64,000 nt of DNA from Desulfobaccales bacterium (GCA_037481655.1 JBBFLF010000002.1:1856-65855); one strand, 5' to 3'. Counted from the first letter of the stretch, positions 21,068 to 30,793 are shown. Notes: a model not told the origin generated them from the sequence alone. Numbers and translations are program-made.

Positions 21068-21874
21068 TCATGCGGGGGTGCCGAGGCGCTCCATCAGCCC
21101 CTCCACCAGAAAAAGGAGCGATTCCAGATCCAGATAGGCGCCGACGCTGCTATCGAACAGAAACCGGGCCTGGGCGGGAAAATCCTCCTCCGGCTCCCAG
21201 TACAGGAGGAGGATGGGCACCCGGGGCAGGGGTTCAAAGAGCAAGGCCACATCGGCATCCTCCCCCACACTCACCGGCCGGCCGCCCAGGTCCTCAGCCC
21301 GCTGGATGAGCAGCGCCAGGCGGCCAGCGAAATCCTCCGCCAATTGGCGCTGCAATCGTTCCAGGGTCTTGGTCTTGGAGACGGAGTTGGGCAGGCTCTG
21401 GAAACTGACCCAGGTGCCGGTGACAGGGGCCTCCCCGGGGGAGGCCAGGTAGTTGTAAATCAGGATGGCATCCCAGGGGTTTTCGTGGGCGCCCGGCGGG
21501 TAGAGGACCCGATCCTTAAAGACCTTGAGCATCTGACCGAAGAAGGGCAGGAAAACAAAGGGGCGGCCGTCTTCCTCGCCACAAGCCAGGCCGTGGGCCG
21601 CCGCCTGGCGGGGAAAGTCCAGGGGGGCCACCTTTTCCTCCAGGGCTTCTCGGGCGATGGCCAGGCTTTCCCGGCGGCGCCCCAGCCCGGCCTGCTGCTG
21701 GGCCTTGACCGCCGCCACCTGGGGCCGGGCGGCCTCCGGCAGATAGGGACACCGGGAGAGGTCCTCCCCTTCCTTGATGACCTGGGTGGCAAAGGCAAGG
21801 CAGGTGGGCTGGCCGCACTCCCCGCAGTTGGTGCGGGGGAGGAGTTTAAAGACGTCCAGGACGCTGAGGGGCAT
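21068..21874 (-). CDS. Fe-S-domain plus DUF3786 protein
   Basis: N-terminal LPRTNCGECGQPTCLAFA...CPY (putative 4Fe-4S domain as in AcsC/RnfB N-termini); C-terminal LPRVPILLLYW...FPAQARFLFD typical of DUF3786. Confidence 0.8.
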   Translation of the reverse strand: MPLSVLDVFKLLPRTNCGECGQPTCLAFATQVIKEGEDLSRCPYLPEAARPQVAAVKAQQQAGLGRRRESLAIAREALEEKVAPLDFPRQAAAHGLACGEEDGRPFVFLPFFGQMLKVFKDRVLYPPGAHENPWDAILIYNYLASPGEAPVTGTWVSFQSLPNSVSKTKTLERLQRQLAEDFAGRLALLIQRAEDLGGRPVSVGEDADVALLFEPLPRVPILLLYWEPEEDFPAQARFLFDSSVGAYLDLESLLFLVEGLMERLGTPA

Positions 21875-22265
21875 GAATCTCCCAGAAAGATTAATAATTA
21901 TTGGAAAGGAATATTTAATTATTCCATAATTCATTATAATTCGGACTGCAAGGGCTGGAGGGAAATTTTTCCTGGCCCCACAGAAATTCGGCTGGGAAGC
22001 CGAAGGAATGAAAGATTCGCCGGGATTCCATCCCGCCCGCTGGCCTTTTCCAAAATTTTTTCTAGAAACCGTTTTTCCCTTTCATTCCGGCAGGATTGTG
22101 ATATTGTAGAGGCGGTTTCGGCCAGGGGAAAAGGATGGGTGTCTGTGGAATTAAATGAACTATGGTTGGATAAATCTCCAGGGCGTGAGGGGGGTATGGT
22201 CCATGAACTGGAACAGCCGTGGGGGGGAGAAATACTGCGGCTCTAAAAAGCAAAATGTGGGGGGT

Positions 22266-23546
22266 GTGATCAGACTCCCGAGCCGCCGGGTCTGGCTCTG
22301 GGCCCTGGCGGCCTGGGGTTTGCTGGCCGGAAACCTGGCCCAGGCGGCCGGGTTCGCCCTGGTGCAGCAGGGCACTGCGGCCATGGCCCAGGGCAACGCC
22401 TTCGTGGCCGAGGCCAATGACCCCTCGGCCATCTATTACAATCCCGCCGGCCTCAATCAGCTCACCCGGCCGGAGATTTACCTGGCCACCATCTTCAACA
22501 GCCCGGACCGGGAATACCATGCCCCCGGGGGGGGCTTCTCCCAGACGAATCACCGGCTGTATCATGCCGCCGCCACCTATGCCGTGTGGCCGGTGCACGA
22601 GCGGGTGGCTTTGGGGGTGGGGGTCTTTGCCCCCTTCGGGCTGGGCACCGCCTGGCACCCCCAGTGGCCCGGCCGCTATCTCACCACGCTTTCTCGCCTC
22701 AAGACCTACAACCTCAACCCGGCCATCTCGGTGAAGCTGACCCCCACCTTCTCCGCCGCCCTGGGGTTCAATGCCCTCTACGCCAAAGCGGAGCTCAAGC
22801 GCGCCTTGTCCCTGGCCCTGGGGGGCTTCACCCTGCCGGACGGGGAGGCCGCCTTCGACGGCGACGCCACCGGAGTGGGGTTCAATGCCGGGCTGCTCTA
22901 TGAGCCCTGGCGGGGAATCAAGCTGGGGGCGGCCTACCGCAGCAAGGTGGAGCTGAAATTCAAAGGCGACCTGGCCCTCACCCTGCCCCGGCCCCTGCCG
23001 GCCGTGCCCCGCATCGGCGGCACCGCCCGCCTGGATCTGCCCCCCTCCCTCACCCTGGGCGTGTCCATCAGCCGCTTTGAGCCCTGGACCTTCAACTTCG
23101 ACGCCACCTGGACCGGCTGGTCCACCTACGACCGCCTGCAGATCAATCTGAACGAGCTTATCCTCACGAACGGCGTGCCCACCCGCAGCATCGTCTCCCG
23201 CAAGGACTGGCACGACGCCTGGGCCTTCCGCTTCGGGGTCAACTGCCGGGTGCGGCAGAATATGACCCTGAGGGCGGGGTACATTTATGACCTGACGCCG
23301 GTGCCGGATGACACCTTTGACCCCCAGGTGCCGGACAATGACCGCCACATCTTCACCCTGGGCGGGGACCTCACCATCTCCCGTTTCACCCTGGGGCTGG
23401 CCTACAACTACATCTACACCGAAAGCCGGGAGAAGAAAAATCTCCTGGCCATCAACGACCGGGTGCTGCCTGCGGCCTTTCAGGCCAACGGCACCTACAA
23501 AAGCGACGTCCATTCCCTGGGGCTGAGCCTGTCAGCGAAGTTTTAG
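22266..23546 (+). CDS. fadL: Outer-membrane long-chain fatty-acid transport porin (FadL/OmpP1 family)
   Basis: Signal peptide; AGFAL...QGNAFVAEANDPSAIYYNPAGL; APFGLGT; C-terminal F. Start estimated at GTG 22266; the ORF is open from 22155. Confidence 0.9.
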   Translation: MIRLPSRRVWLWALAAWGLLAGNLAQAAGFALVQQGTAAMAQGNAFVAEANDPSAIYYNPAGLNQLTRPEIYLATIFNSPDREYHAPGGGFSQTNHRLYHAAATYAVWPVHERVALGVGVFAPFGLGTAWHPQWPGRYLTTLSRLKTYNLNPAISVKLTPTFSAALGFNALYAKAELKRALSLALGGFTLPDGEAAFDGDATGVGFNAGLLYEPWRGIKLGAAYRSKVELKFKGDLALTLPRPLPAVPRIGGTARLDLPPSLTLGVSISRFEPWTFNFDATWTGWSTYDRLQINLNELILTNGVPTRSIVSRKDWHDAWAFRFGVNCRVRQNMTLRAGYIYDLTPVPDDTFDPQVPDNDRHIFTLGGDLTISRFTLGLAYNYIYTESREKKNLLAINDRVLPAAFQANGTYKSDVHSLGLSLSAKF

Positions 23547-23695
23547 AGCCCCAAGGGGAGGCGAAAAGGCGACGGTCGGGCTTCCCCCTGGCGAGGGGCG
23601 GGGCCGTCGGGGCTCGATTTTCTGGGCCGGGCAAACCGGGGTGTGGGTAGGGTCGGATCACGACCCTATCCGACCCCGCCGGCCGTGGCCGGTGG

Positions 23696-24826
23696 TCAGC
23701 TCAGGGCGATGTGCCTGATGGCCAGGCTCTGGAGGAGATCAACCTGCACCTGGATCCCCAGGCCGGGGCCAGTGAGGGGCGTGGCCAGGCCCTCCTCGCC
23801 GAAGCTGACCGGGGGTATTACCGGGTCCCGGGCCAGAAGATAGGGAGCCAGGGAGCCCTCCAAATAAGCCAACGGGCCGGCGCTGACGGCAAAGTGCCGG
23901 CCGGCGGCCGCCAGGATGCTGGTCTCCCCCACCTGACAGCCCAGCATCACGCCGATCCCGGCTTGCCGGGCCAGGCGGGCCAGCCGCCGGCTGGGCCCGA
24001 AGCCGCCGCATTTGGATAGGCGCAGGTTGAAGATTCGGCAGGCCCTGGCTTCGATGAGGTGGGTGGCGTCGGCCTCGGTGCACAGGGACTCATCGGCGAT
24101 CACCGGAACCGGAAGGGCCGCCTGCACCCGGGCCAGGCCGGCAATATCGTGTTTGGCCACCGGCTGCTCCACGGCGCTGAGGCGGAAAGGCAGTAATTCC
24201 TGCAGGCGGGCGAGGGCCTCCTCCGCCTCCCAGGCGCCGTTGGCGTCCACCCTGAGGTCCACCTCCCAGCCCAGCTCCCGGCGCACCTGGGCCAGGACCT
24301 CGGCGTCCGTCTCCTCCCCCACCTTCACCTTGAGGAAGCGCATGCGCCGCGCCTTCACCAGCTCCAGGAGGCGGGTGAGGCGCTCCCCGGGTCCCAGAGG
24401 CAACACGGCGCTGTAATACAGGGGGGTGGACTCCGGCAGGGGTCCCCACAGGCGGGCGAGGGGCACTCCCCAGGTGCGGGCGCCGGCATCCAGGAGGGCG
24501 GTTTCCAGGGCGCAGGCCGCGGCGGGGTGGCTGGCCGTCGCCGGCCCCAGGCGCTCGGCCAGACCGCCAAAGAGAGCCGAGGGACTGCCCCAGGCGGACC
24601 CCACCAAGCCGGGCCCCAGGGAGCCCTCCAGCAGGGCCAAAGAGGCGCTCAGGGATTCCCCGGTGACAAAGTCCCGGGGGATCCCTTCGCCAAAGCCGGT
24701 GACCCCGCCCATGGTGGTGACCCGCACCACCAGGCTGTCGGAATGCTGATAGGAGGCCAGCTTATGCCTGAAGGGGAACCGAAACGGCAACCTCAGGTGC
24801 CAGATATCCAGCCTCTCGATGATCAT
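23696..24826 (-). CDS. Enolase-superfamily enzyme (muconate-lactonizing / dipeptide-epimerase subgroup)
   Basis: KVKVG (KxK), metal ligands DAN / EQP / DES, RLSKCGG, GCQVGET. Confidence 0.85.
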   Translation of the reverse strand: MIIERLDIWHLRLPFRFPFRHKLASYQHSDSLVVRVTTMGGVTGFGEGIPRDFVTGESLSASLALLEGSLGPGLVGSAWGSPSALFGGLAERLGPATASHPAAACALETALLDAGARTWGVPLARLWGPLPESTPLYYSAVLPLGPGERLTRLLELVKARRMRFLKVKVGEETDAEVLAQVRRELGWEVDLRVDANGAWEAEEALARLQELLPFRLSAVEQPVAKHDIAGLARVQAALPVPVIADESLCTEADATHLIEARACRIFNLRLSKCGGFGPSRRLARLARQAGIGVMLGCQVGETSILAAAGRHFAVSAGPLAYLEGSLAPYLLARDPVIPPVSFGEEGLATPLTGPGLGIQVQVDLLQSLAIRHIALS

Positions 24827-25757
24827 GCGCGGCCTCAAGCTCTGCGGCAATCATGGCGCCGAATTTCTTCCATTGATACCACAGGGGCGGCTCTGCCAAA
24901 ACCGCTTTTTCCAGGATCGCCAGGCAGCGGGGACTCACCTGGGCCGCCTCCGCCGTGCCGGCCTCTGCTACTGGCGTGAGCCTTAAGGTATAGCGGCGGC
25001 CCCCCAGCCGGTGCACCAGGCCCATGACCACCGGCGCTCCGGAGCGCTTCTTGAGGAGTTCCAGGGTCTTGTCGCCGGGCAGACGGCTGTGGAGGAAGGT
25101 GACCTGCCCATGCTCCTGGGGCCGCCACTCGTCGAACTCGTCCGCCTCGGTGATGAGGATGCGGCCGGCCTTGAGGGCTTTCACCGCAGCCAGAAAGACG
25201 TTGCCGCTGGTGGCGTCGATGATGTCCATGCCCACCGCCTGGGCCCGCTGAAACAGGGTCTCCTTGAGGTGGTTGGTCTGGAAGCGGCAGATCATGGAGA
25301 CCGGATAGCCCTTCACCGCCAGGCAGCCGGGCAGAAACTCCACCGCCCCGAAGTGGCCGGTGACCAGGATGACCCCTTTGCCCTGGGCTAAGGCGGAGGT
25401 GAGCTCGGCTTCGCCGTCCAGGGAGATGCGTCGATCCAGGAAGCGCAGCAGGCGGGGGAAATGTGAATACGCGAGGAAGAGCTTTTCGTGGTAGTGATCG
25501 ATGATACCCTGGAAGATGCGGCGGATCAGCTTGCGGCCCCTACCCCGGCCGGAGTCTCTTCCCAGGACATGTTGGGCAGTGCGGCGGATCAGCCGCCTCT
25601 CTTTGGCATTGCACCAAAAATAGATGGTGCCCAAAAGGCCCAGATACCAGCGGGACAGGCGAAAGGGCAGGAGACGGAAGAGGAAAATATTCCCCCGGGC
25701 CTGGCAGAACTTGCTGAGACTGGTGAAACGCAGGCAGGACAGGATGTGGGACAACAT
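24762..25757 (-). CDS. Lysophospholipid / lipid A-type acyltransferase (LpxL/HtrB-like)
   Basis: GKGVILVTGHFGAVE (H-x4-E) motif; strong SD AGGAGG before ATG 25757. Confidence 0.82.
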   Translation of the reverse strand: MLSHILSCLRFTSLSKFCQARGNIFLFRLLPFRLSRWYLGLLGTIYFWCNAKERRLIRRTAQHVLGRDSGRGRGRKLIRRIFQGIIDHYHEKLFLAYSHFPRLLRFLDRRISLDGEAELTSALAQGKGVILVTGHFGAVEFLPGCLAVKGYPVSMICRFQTNHLKETLFQRAQAVGMDIIDATSGNVFLAAVKALKAGRILITEADEFDEWRPQEHGQVTFLHSRLPGDKTLELLKKRSGAPVVMGLVHRLGGRRYTLRLTPVAEAGTAEAAQVSPRCLAILEKAVLAEPPLWYQWKKFGAMIAAELEAAHDHREAGYLAPEVAVSVPLQA

Positions 25758-26103
25758 GGCAGGGTCCTCCTTTCTGATGGCCCCCCGACTCCGGTGAGGA
25801 ATAGTCTCTCCTCCCCTCCTCCCACCCGGAGGCAGAAGCCGGCACCCCCTCATGGAGAGGTGCAAATCTCATGCCCTCAGCTCTCAGGAAATGCCGCATA
25901 TGAAGAGAAAAAATTGCCGACGTGCCGCGGTAGCACCCCGAAAATGCCAGGGAAATGCTGATTAATATTTAAGGTTTTTCCTTAGATAAAAAGATGTTAA
26001 GCTAAAGTCAAGATAAAAATGCACTCTTTGAGTATTTTGCGGCGCGTCTAGGGCCCGCGGGGGCCCGGCCGGGGGAGGCAGGGGAGAAAAACCTTTCGCA
26101 GTG

Positions 26104-26112
26104 TGGTATGCT
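26104..26112 (+). promoter_or_regulatory. Extended -10 element upstream of the V4R/PAS kinase
   Basis: TGGTATGCT about 90 bp upstream of ATG 26204. Confidence 0.4.
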
Positions 26113-26203
26113 AAACGAAAAAATTCTCGTCGGCCGGCTTCCCAGCCACCCATACCCTCCTCCCTGCCCAGGGTGGCTGGCCAGGGAGTAGGGCATCGGT
26201 CGG

Positions 26204-28537
26204 ATGATGGACAAGCATCACAGCTGCCTCAATACCCGGGCGATCATTGAGTTTTTCCAGGAACATCTGCCGGACCGGGTGTCGGAGGTGATCTCCGGCT
26301 TGGGACCGGAGATCGACCGACTGCCCCAGCCGTTGGATTTCCTGATGGAAATCAACAACTGGGTCCACAGTCGGGTGGTCATCCAGATGTTTGCCAATGC
26401 CCGGCGGATCACCGGCGACCCGGATATTGCTTACAAGATCGGCTTTGAGTCCGCCTCCCGGAAAAAGCTGGGCTACGTACAGCGCATTATCCTTTTGGCT
26501 TATAAGAATCCCCGGCGTTCCCTGAGGCGGATCCAGAAAATCAATGACAAATTCAACCGCAACAAGACCATCGAAATTGTGCGGACGACCCGGGACAGCG
26601 CCACTATCCGCCTGCATTGGTTTCCTGAGATCCCGGGAGTGATGGATTTCTGCCGTTTTAATCAGGGAATCTATGCCGGCATCCCCACTATCTGGAATCT
26701 GCCCCCAGCTATCGTGGAAGAGACGGAATGTTATTTTAAAGGGGCACCGTATTGCGAATATAATATTCAATGGGTCAAGAAATTTTCTCTCAAGGAGACC
26801 CTGCTCAATTTTCTGGTGCCCTGGCGGGTGCTGCGATACACCATCGAAGAGCTGGAAAAAGACAAGGAGCTGCTCCGGAGCAAGTTTGAGGAAGTCCATC
26901 GTCTCAATCTGCAACTCCGGGAAAAAATCGACGAACTCCTGGCATTGCAGGAAGAGCTCAAAAAGAGCGAGGCCAAGTTCCGCAACCTCCTGGACTATGT
27001 CCCGGGGATGGCCATCCAGGGCTATGATGCCCAAGGCACCATCCTCTACTGGAACAAGGCCAGCGAGGAGATCTATGGCTACTCCGCCGAGGAGGCGGTG
27101 GGCCGGAAGGTGGAGGAGCTCATCGTCCCGCCTGAACTTCAGGAGTGGTTCCGCCAAGGCCTGAAGCGGGGGGCTAGGGCCGTGAAGAGCGGGGAATTCA
27201 TGCCCGCCGGCGAGCAGTATTTCTGCCGCAAGGATGGCGACCGGATGCCGGTGCACTCCATCCACACCGTGGTCTGCCTGGAGCAGAGTGAGCCCCTGCT
27301 CTTCCGCATCGATGTGGACTTGAGGGAGCGCAAGCGGGTGGAAGAGGAGCTGCGCCAATACCGGGACCACCTGGAGAAGCTGGTGAAGGAGCGCACTGCC
27401 GAGCTCATGGAGGTCAACCTCAGCCTGCAGCAGGAGATCCAGGAGCACCAGCGCACCGAGCAGGCGCTTCGGGCCAGCGAGGAGCGCTTCCGCACCATCT
27501 ACGAGGATGCCCCCATCGGTATCGGGCTGGCGGACCTGACGGGCCATCTTCTCACCGGCAACCCGGCCCTGGCGCAAGCCCTGGGCTACAGCCTCACAGA
27601 ATTGCGGGGGCTTCACCTGCCCGCCCTCAGTCATCCGGATGAAGCCGCCATCGAGGAGACCCTGTTTCGGGAACTGGCCCGGGGCAAGCGCCCCTTCTAT
27701 GAACGGGAGGGGCGTTGCCGGCGCCGGGACGGCACCTACCTGTGGTTTTGGAGCCATGTCTCCCCCATCCGGGACATTCACGGCCAGACCCAATTTGTCC
27801 TCATCATGCTCAAGGATATCACCCGGGAAAAGCAGATCCAGGACGAAATCCGGGACTATCAGGAGCAGTTGCGCTCCCTGGCCTCGGAGCTCTCCCTCAC
27901 CGAGGAGCGGGAACGCCGACGCCTGGCCGTGGACCTCCACGACAATATCGGCCAGATCCTGGCCCTGGCCCAGATCAAGCTGGGGGAGGTGCAGCGAAAG
28001 GCCCGCTCCCGGGAGCTGGAGCGGGTGGTCCAGGAAGTGCGCTCCCTTTTGGGCCAGGCCATTCAGTACTCCCGCTCCCTCACCAGTGAGTTGGGCCTGC
28101 CGGTGCTCTACGACCTGGGGCTGGAGGCGGCGGTGGAGTGGCTGGCGGACCAATTCCAGGAGCAACACGGCCTTTCGGTCACCGTCCGGCGGGATGATTT
28201 TCCCAAACCCCTGGGGGAGGCGGCCAGCGTGCTGGTTTTCCGGGTGCTCCGGGAGTTGCTCACCAATGTGGTGAAGCACGCCCGGGCCACCCAGGTGGAC
28301 ATCGCCATCAGCCGGGAAGGGGAACACCTGGCGGTGCAGGTGAGCGATAACGGGCAGGGCTTCAATCCTCAGGACGGCCTGCCCCGGGTCGGCCGCACCT
28401 CGGGATACGGCCTGTTCAGCATCCGGGAACGCCTGGGGCACCTGGGGGGGTATCTGGACATCAAATCCGCGCCGGGCGAAGGCACCACCGTCACCCTGGT
28501 GGTGCCCCTGGAGCCCCGGGAGATGGCGGCCCATTGA
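26204..28537 (+). CDS. Soluble sensor histidine kinase: V4R-like N-terminus, two PAS domains, HisKA_3, HATPase
   Basis: V4R-like CRFNQG...EETECYFKGAPYCEY; PAS-like YWNKASEEIYGY and GNPALAQALGY; ERRRLAVDLHDNIGQ; DNGQGF. Confidence 0.88.
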   Translation: MMDKHHSCLNTRAIIEFFQEHLPDRVSEVISGLGPEIDRLPQPLDFLMEINNWVHSRVVIQMFANARRITGDPDIAYKIGFESASRKKLGYVQRIILLAYKNPRRSLRRIQKINDKFNRNKTIEIVRTTRDSATIRLHWFPEIPGVMDFCRFNQGIYAGIPTIWNLPPAIVEETECYFKGAPYCEYNIQWVKKFSLKETLLNFLVPWRVLRYTIEELEKDKELLRSKFEEVHRLNLQLREKIDELLALQEELKKSEAKFRNLLDYVPGMAIQGYDAQGTILYWNKASEEIYGYSAEEAVGRKVEELIVPPELQEWFRQGLKRGARAVKSGEFMPAGEQYFCRKDGDRMPVHSIHTVVCLEQSEPLLFRIDVDLRERKRVEEELRQYRDHLEKLVKERTAELMEVNLSLQQEIQEHQRTEQALRASEERFRTIYEDAPIGIGLADLTGHLLTGNPALAQALGYSLTELRGLHLPALSHPDEAAIEETLFRELARGKRPFYEREGRCRRRDGTYLWFWSHVSPIRDIHGQTQFVLIMLKDITREKQIQDEIRDYQEQLRSLASELSLTEERERRRLAVDLHDNIGQILALAQIKLGEVQRKARSRELERVVQEVRSLLGQAIQYSRSLTSELGLPVLYDLGLEAAVEWLADQFQEQHGLSVTVRRDDFPKPLGEAASVLVFRVLRELLTNVVKHARATQVDIAISREGEHLAVQVSDNGQGFNPQDGLPRVGRTSGYGLFSIRERLGHLGGYLDIKSAPGEGTTVTLVVPLEPREMAAH

Positions 28538-28585
28538 GGGGAGACAGCTGCCACAGTTCTTCGATCGTGGCAAAGGGACTTTTAC

Positions 28586-28754
28586 GAGGGGAGCCAGGGG
28601 GCAGCAGACCGCCTGCCCTTCTCTCAAACTTTCCTCTCCACCCCCTTTAATCCTGGGGAGGTCGAGGGCCAGATCCCGGTTGCACAAATAAAATTTAAGA
28701 GATGGGCGAGAGGTTTGGTAGAGAGGGGAGGGTCCACGACCCTACCCTTCTCTC
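28586..28754 (-). repeat. Degenerate reverse-strand copy of the palindromic intergenic repeat, with an internal insert
   Basis: Both halves align by eye to the reverse complement of copy 1 (GGGGGCAGCAG...GCCCTTCTCTCAAACTTTCCTCTCCACCCCCTTTAA and GAGAGGGGAGGG...CCCTTCTCTC). Confidence 0.55.
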
Positions 28755-28788
28755 ACGCTCAATGCCAAAGCCTTAAGCTCGAGGGAGG

Positions 28789-29439
28789 ATGATGGAGGAG
28801 AGAGTGGTGATTCCGGGCCCGGAGGTGACTTTGGAAGGCCGCTTCCAGGCCGGCCGGAGGGTGGGCGGCGTGGTGGTGGCCCACCCCCACCCCCTGTATG
28901 GGGGCACGATGGACAACAATGTGGTCTGGACCGTCCGCCAGGCCTTCGGGGCCCGGGGGGCTTCCACTCTCCGTTTCAATTTCCGGGGGGTGGGGGAGAG
29001 CACCGGCACCTACGGTCAGGGGGAGGGGGAGATCGACGATCTGCGGGCGGCTTTGGACTACCTCCATCAGCATGCCACCGCGCCCTATCTGGTGGTGGGC
29101 TACTCCTTCGGCGCGGCGGTGGCGGCCCAGGCCTTCCTTCGGGGCCTCAAGGGCGCCGCCGCCCTCCTCATCTCGCCCCCCATCGCCCTCATGAAGCTGG
29201 ATTTCCTCTCCCAGGTCCCGGGTCTGGAAGGCATTGTGGTGGGGGAATGGGATGACTTCTGCCCCTTGGCCGCCCTCTACGGCCTGATGGCGGGGCGCGC
29301 CGTGCCGGTGCCCATCGCGGTGGTGCCCCAGGCGGACCACTTTTTTGGCGGCCGGGAAGAGGCCTTGTTTCACCTGCTCCGGGACTTTCCCCTGCCCGGC
29401 TGGCCGGAAGCCGGCGCCCGCCCGGGGGCGGTGCATTAA
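28789..29439 (+). CDS. Alpha/beta-fold hydrolase (COG2945-like)
   Basis: HPHPLYGGTMDN, RFNFRGVGES, GYSFG nucleophile elbow, GEWDDF, ADHFF. Confidence 0.9.
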   Translation: MMEERVVIPGPEVTLEGRFQAGRRVGGVVVAHPHPLYGGTMDNNVVWTVRQAFGARGASTLRFNFRGVGESTGTYGQGEGEIDDLRAALDYLHQHATAPYLVVGYSFGAAVAAQAFLRGLKGAAALLISPPIALMKLDFLSQVPGLEGIVVGEWDDFCPLAALYGLMAGRAVPVPIAVVPQADHFFGGREEALFHLLRDFPLPGWPEAGARPGAVH

Positions 29440-29498
29440 CCGGCCGGGGCACCCCCAATCCCCATGCCAGACTCCAGCCCTGCAGGGAAGATGACTCC

Positions 29499-30653
29499 AT
29501 GACGCCCCCGTCTGTCGGCTCTGCCCCTTTCACCCCGCCCCGGGTGCTCATCGCGGCCTGGGAGCCGGCCTGTCTGCTCCCCATCTTCGGGGAGGCCGCC
29601 CTCACCCGGCTGGTGCGTCTGGCGGCTTCGGAGGGCTGTGCGGTCACGGTCCTCCTCACCCCGGAGTTGCGCGGGGCTTTAAGCCGCCGGCCCCGGGACG
29701 CCGGCATCGTGGTCTGGCGCCTGACCCCCCGGGAGGAGTTGCCGGAGGCCGCGGCCCAGGTGGGCGGGCATCCCCAGGAGCCCGTCCTGCTCCTGCCGGG
29801 CCACAGCGTCTGGGACCGCCGCAGTTTCCGCCGGGCGCTGGCCGGCGTGCCCGGTTCCTTAAGCGCCTTTCGCCTGGCGGCCGCCCAGGTGCCGGTGGCG
29901 TTGGAGGAATGGCGGGAGAAAGGCGTGCCCACTATAGAGGGCGGCCTCCCGGTGCTGCTGTCCCGGCCCGAGGACGCCCCGGCGGCGGAGGCGCGCCTGG
30001 TGGCGGCCCTGGCCGCCGCCACCCAGGAGAGCGACGGTTTTCTGGCCCGCTGGGTGGACCGGCCCCTGTCCCGGCGCCTCAGCCCCCGACTGGCGGCCTG
30101 GGGCGTGCCTCCCAACGCCGTCACCCTGGCGGGGGTGAGTATCGGCCTGGCGGGGGCTTTTTTGCTCGCCCTGGCGGTGTATCCGGCGCAGGTGGCGGGA
30201 GCGTTGCTCTTCTGGGCCGCGGTGGTGCTGGATGGGGTGGACGGCGAGGTGGCCCGCCTGAGCCTCAAGGAGAGCCGCTTCGGGCACTATCTGGACATCA
30301 TCACCGATAATCTGGTGCATGTGGGGGTGTTTGTGGGCCTTGCCGTGGGCTTGTATCGCCAGGCCCCCGACGCCCGCCACCTTTATGCCCTGGGCCTGCT
30401 GCTCATCGGCTTCGGCCTCTGTGCCCTGGCGGTGTATATGGTCCTGGGGCGGCAGGATCAGGCCGCAGAAGGCACCCCGGCAGAGCGCCTCATCACCGCC
30501 CTCAACAGCCGGGATTTCGCCTACTTAATCCTGCTTCTGGCTGTGGCGAACCGCCTGCACTGGTTTTTGTGGGGGGCGGCGGTGGGCACGTATGTCTTTG
30601 CCGGCCTGTTATTTACCCTCGGCCGCCGAGCCGACCGGGCCGGCCGCGCCTGA
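29499..30653 (+). CDS. CDP-alcohol phosphatidyltransferase with a degenerate N-terminal nucleotidyltransferase-like domain
   Basis: Signature DGVDGEVARLSLKESRFGHYLDIITD (DxxDGxxAR...GxxxDxxxD); PNAVT; N-terminal soluble region. Confidence 0.88.
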   Translation: MTPPSVGSAPFTPPRVLIAAWEPACLLPIFGEAALTRLVRLAASEGCAVTVLLTPELRGALSRRPRDAGIVVWRLTPREELPEAAAQVGGHPQEPVLLLPGHSVWDRRSFRRALAGVPGSLSAFRLAAAQVPVALEEWREKGVPTIEGGLPVLLSRPEDAPAAEARLVAALAAATQESDGFLARWVDRPLSRRLSPRLAAWGVPPNAVTLAGVSIGLAGAFLLALAVYPAQVAGALLFWAAVVLDGVDGEVARLSLKESRFGHYLDIITDNLVHVGVFVGLAVGLYRQAPDARHLYALGLLLIGFGLCALAVYMVLGRQDQAAEGTPAERLITALNSRDFAYLILLLAVANRLHWFLWGAAVGTYVFAGLLFTLGRRADRAGRA

Positions 30654-30793
30654 CGTGAACCGTTAGGGGCCCTTGGGCCTACGGGAAATAAAACCTCAGG
30701 AGTGGGGTAATGGAGGGTGGGGGTCTCCGATCCCTGTCCTTCTTCCAAAAGTAAGTGGAAACTGTATCATCATCATGGTAATGGGGGAATTCC

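Noticed and set aside
20777-23513. Long ORFs 20777-22246 (+) and 22062-23513 (-)
   Set aside because: Antisense shadows of DUF3786 and fadL, as expected in high-GC DNA; no recognisable motifs.
26111-28687. 858-aa minus-strand ORF
   Set aside because: Antisense shadow of the kinase.
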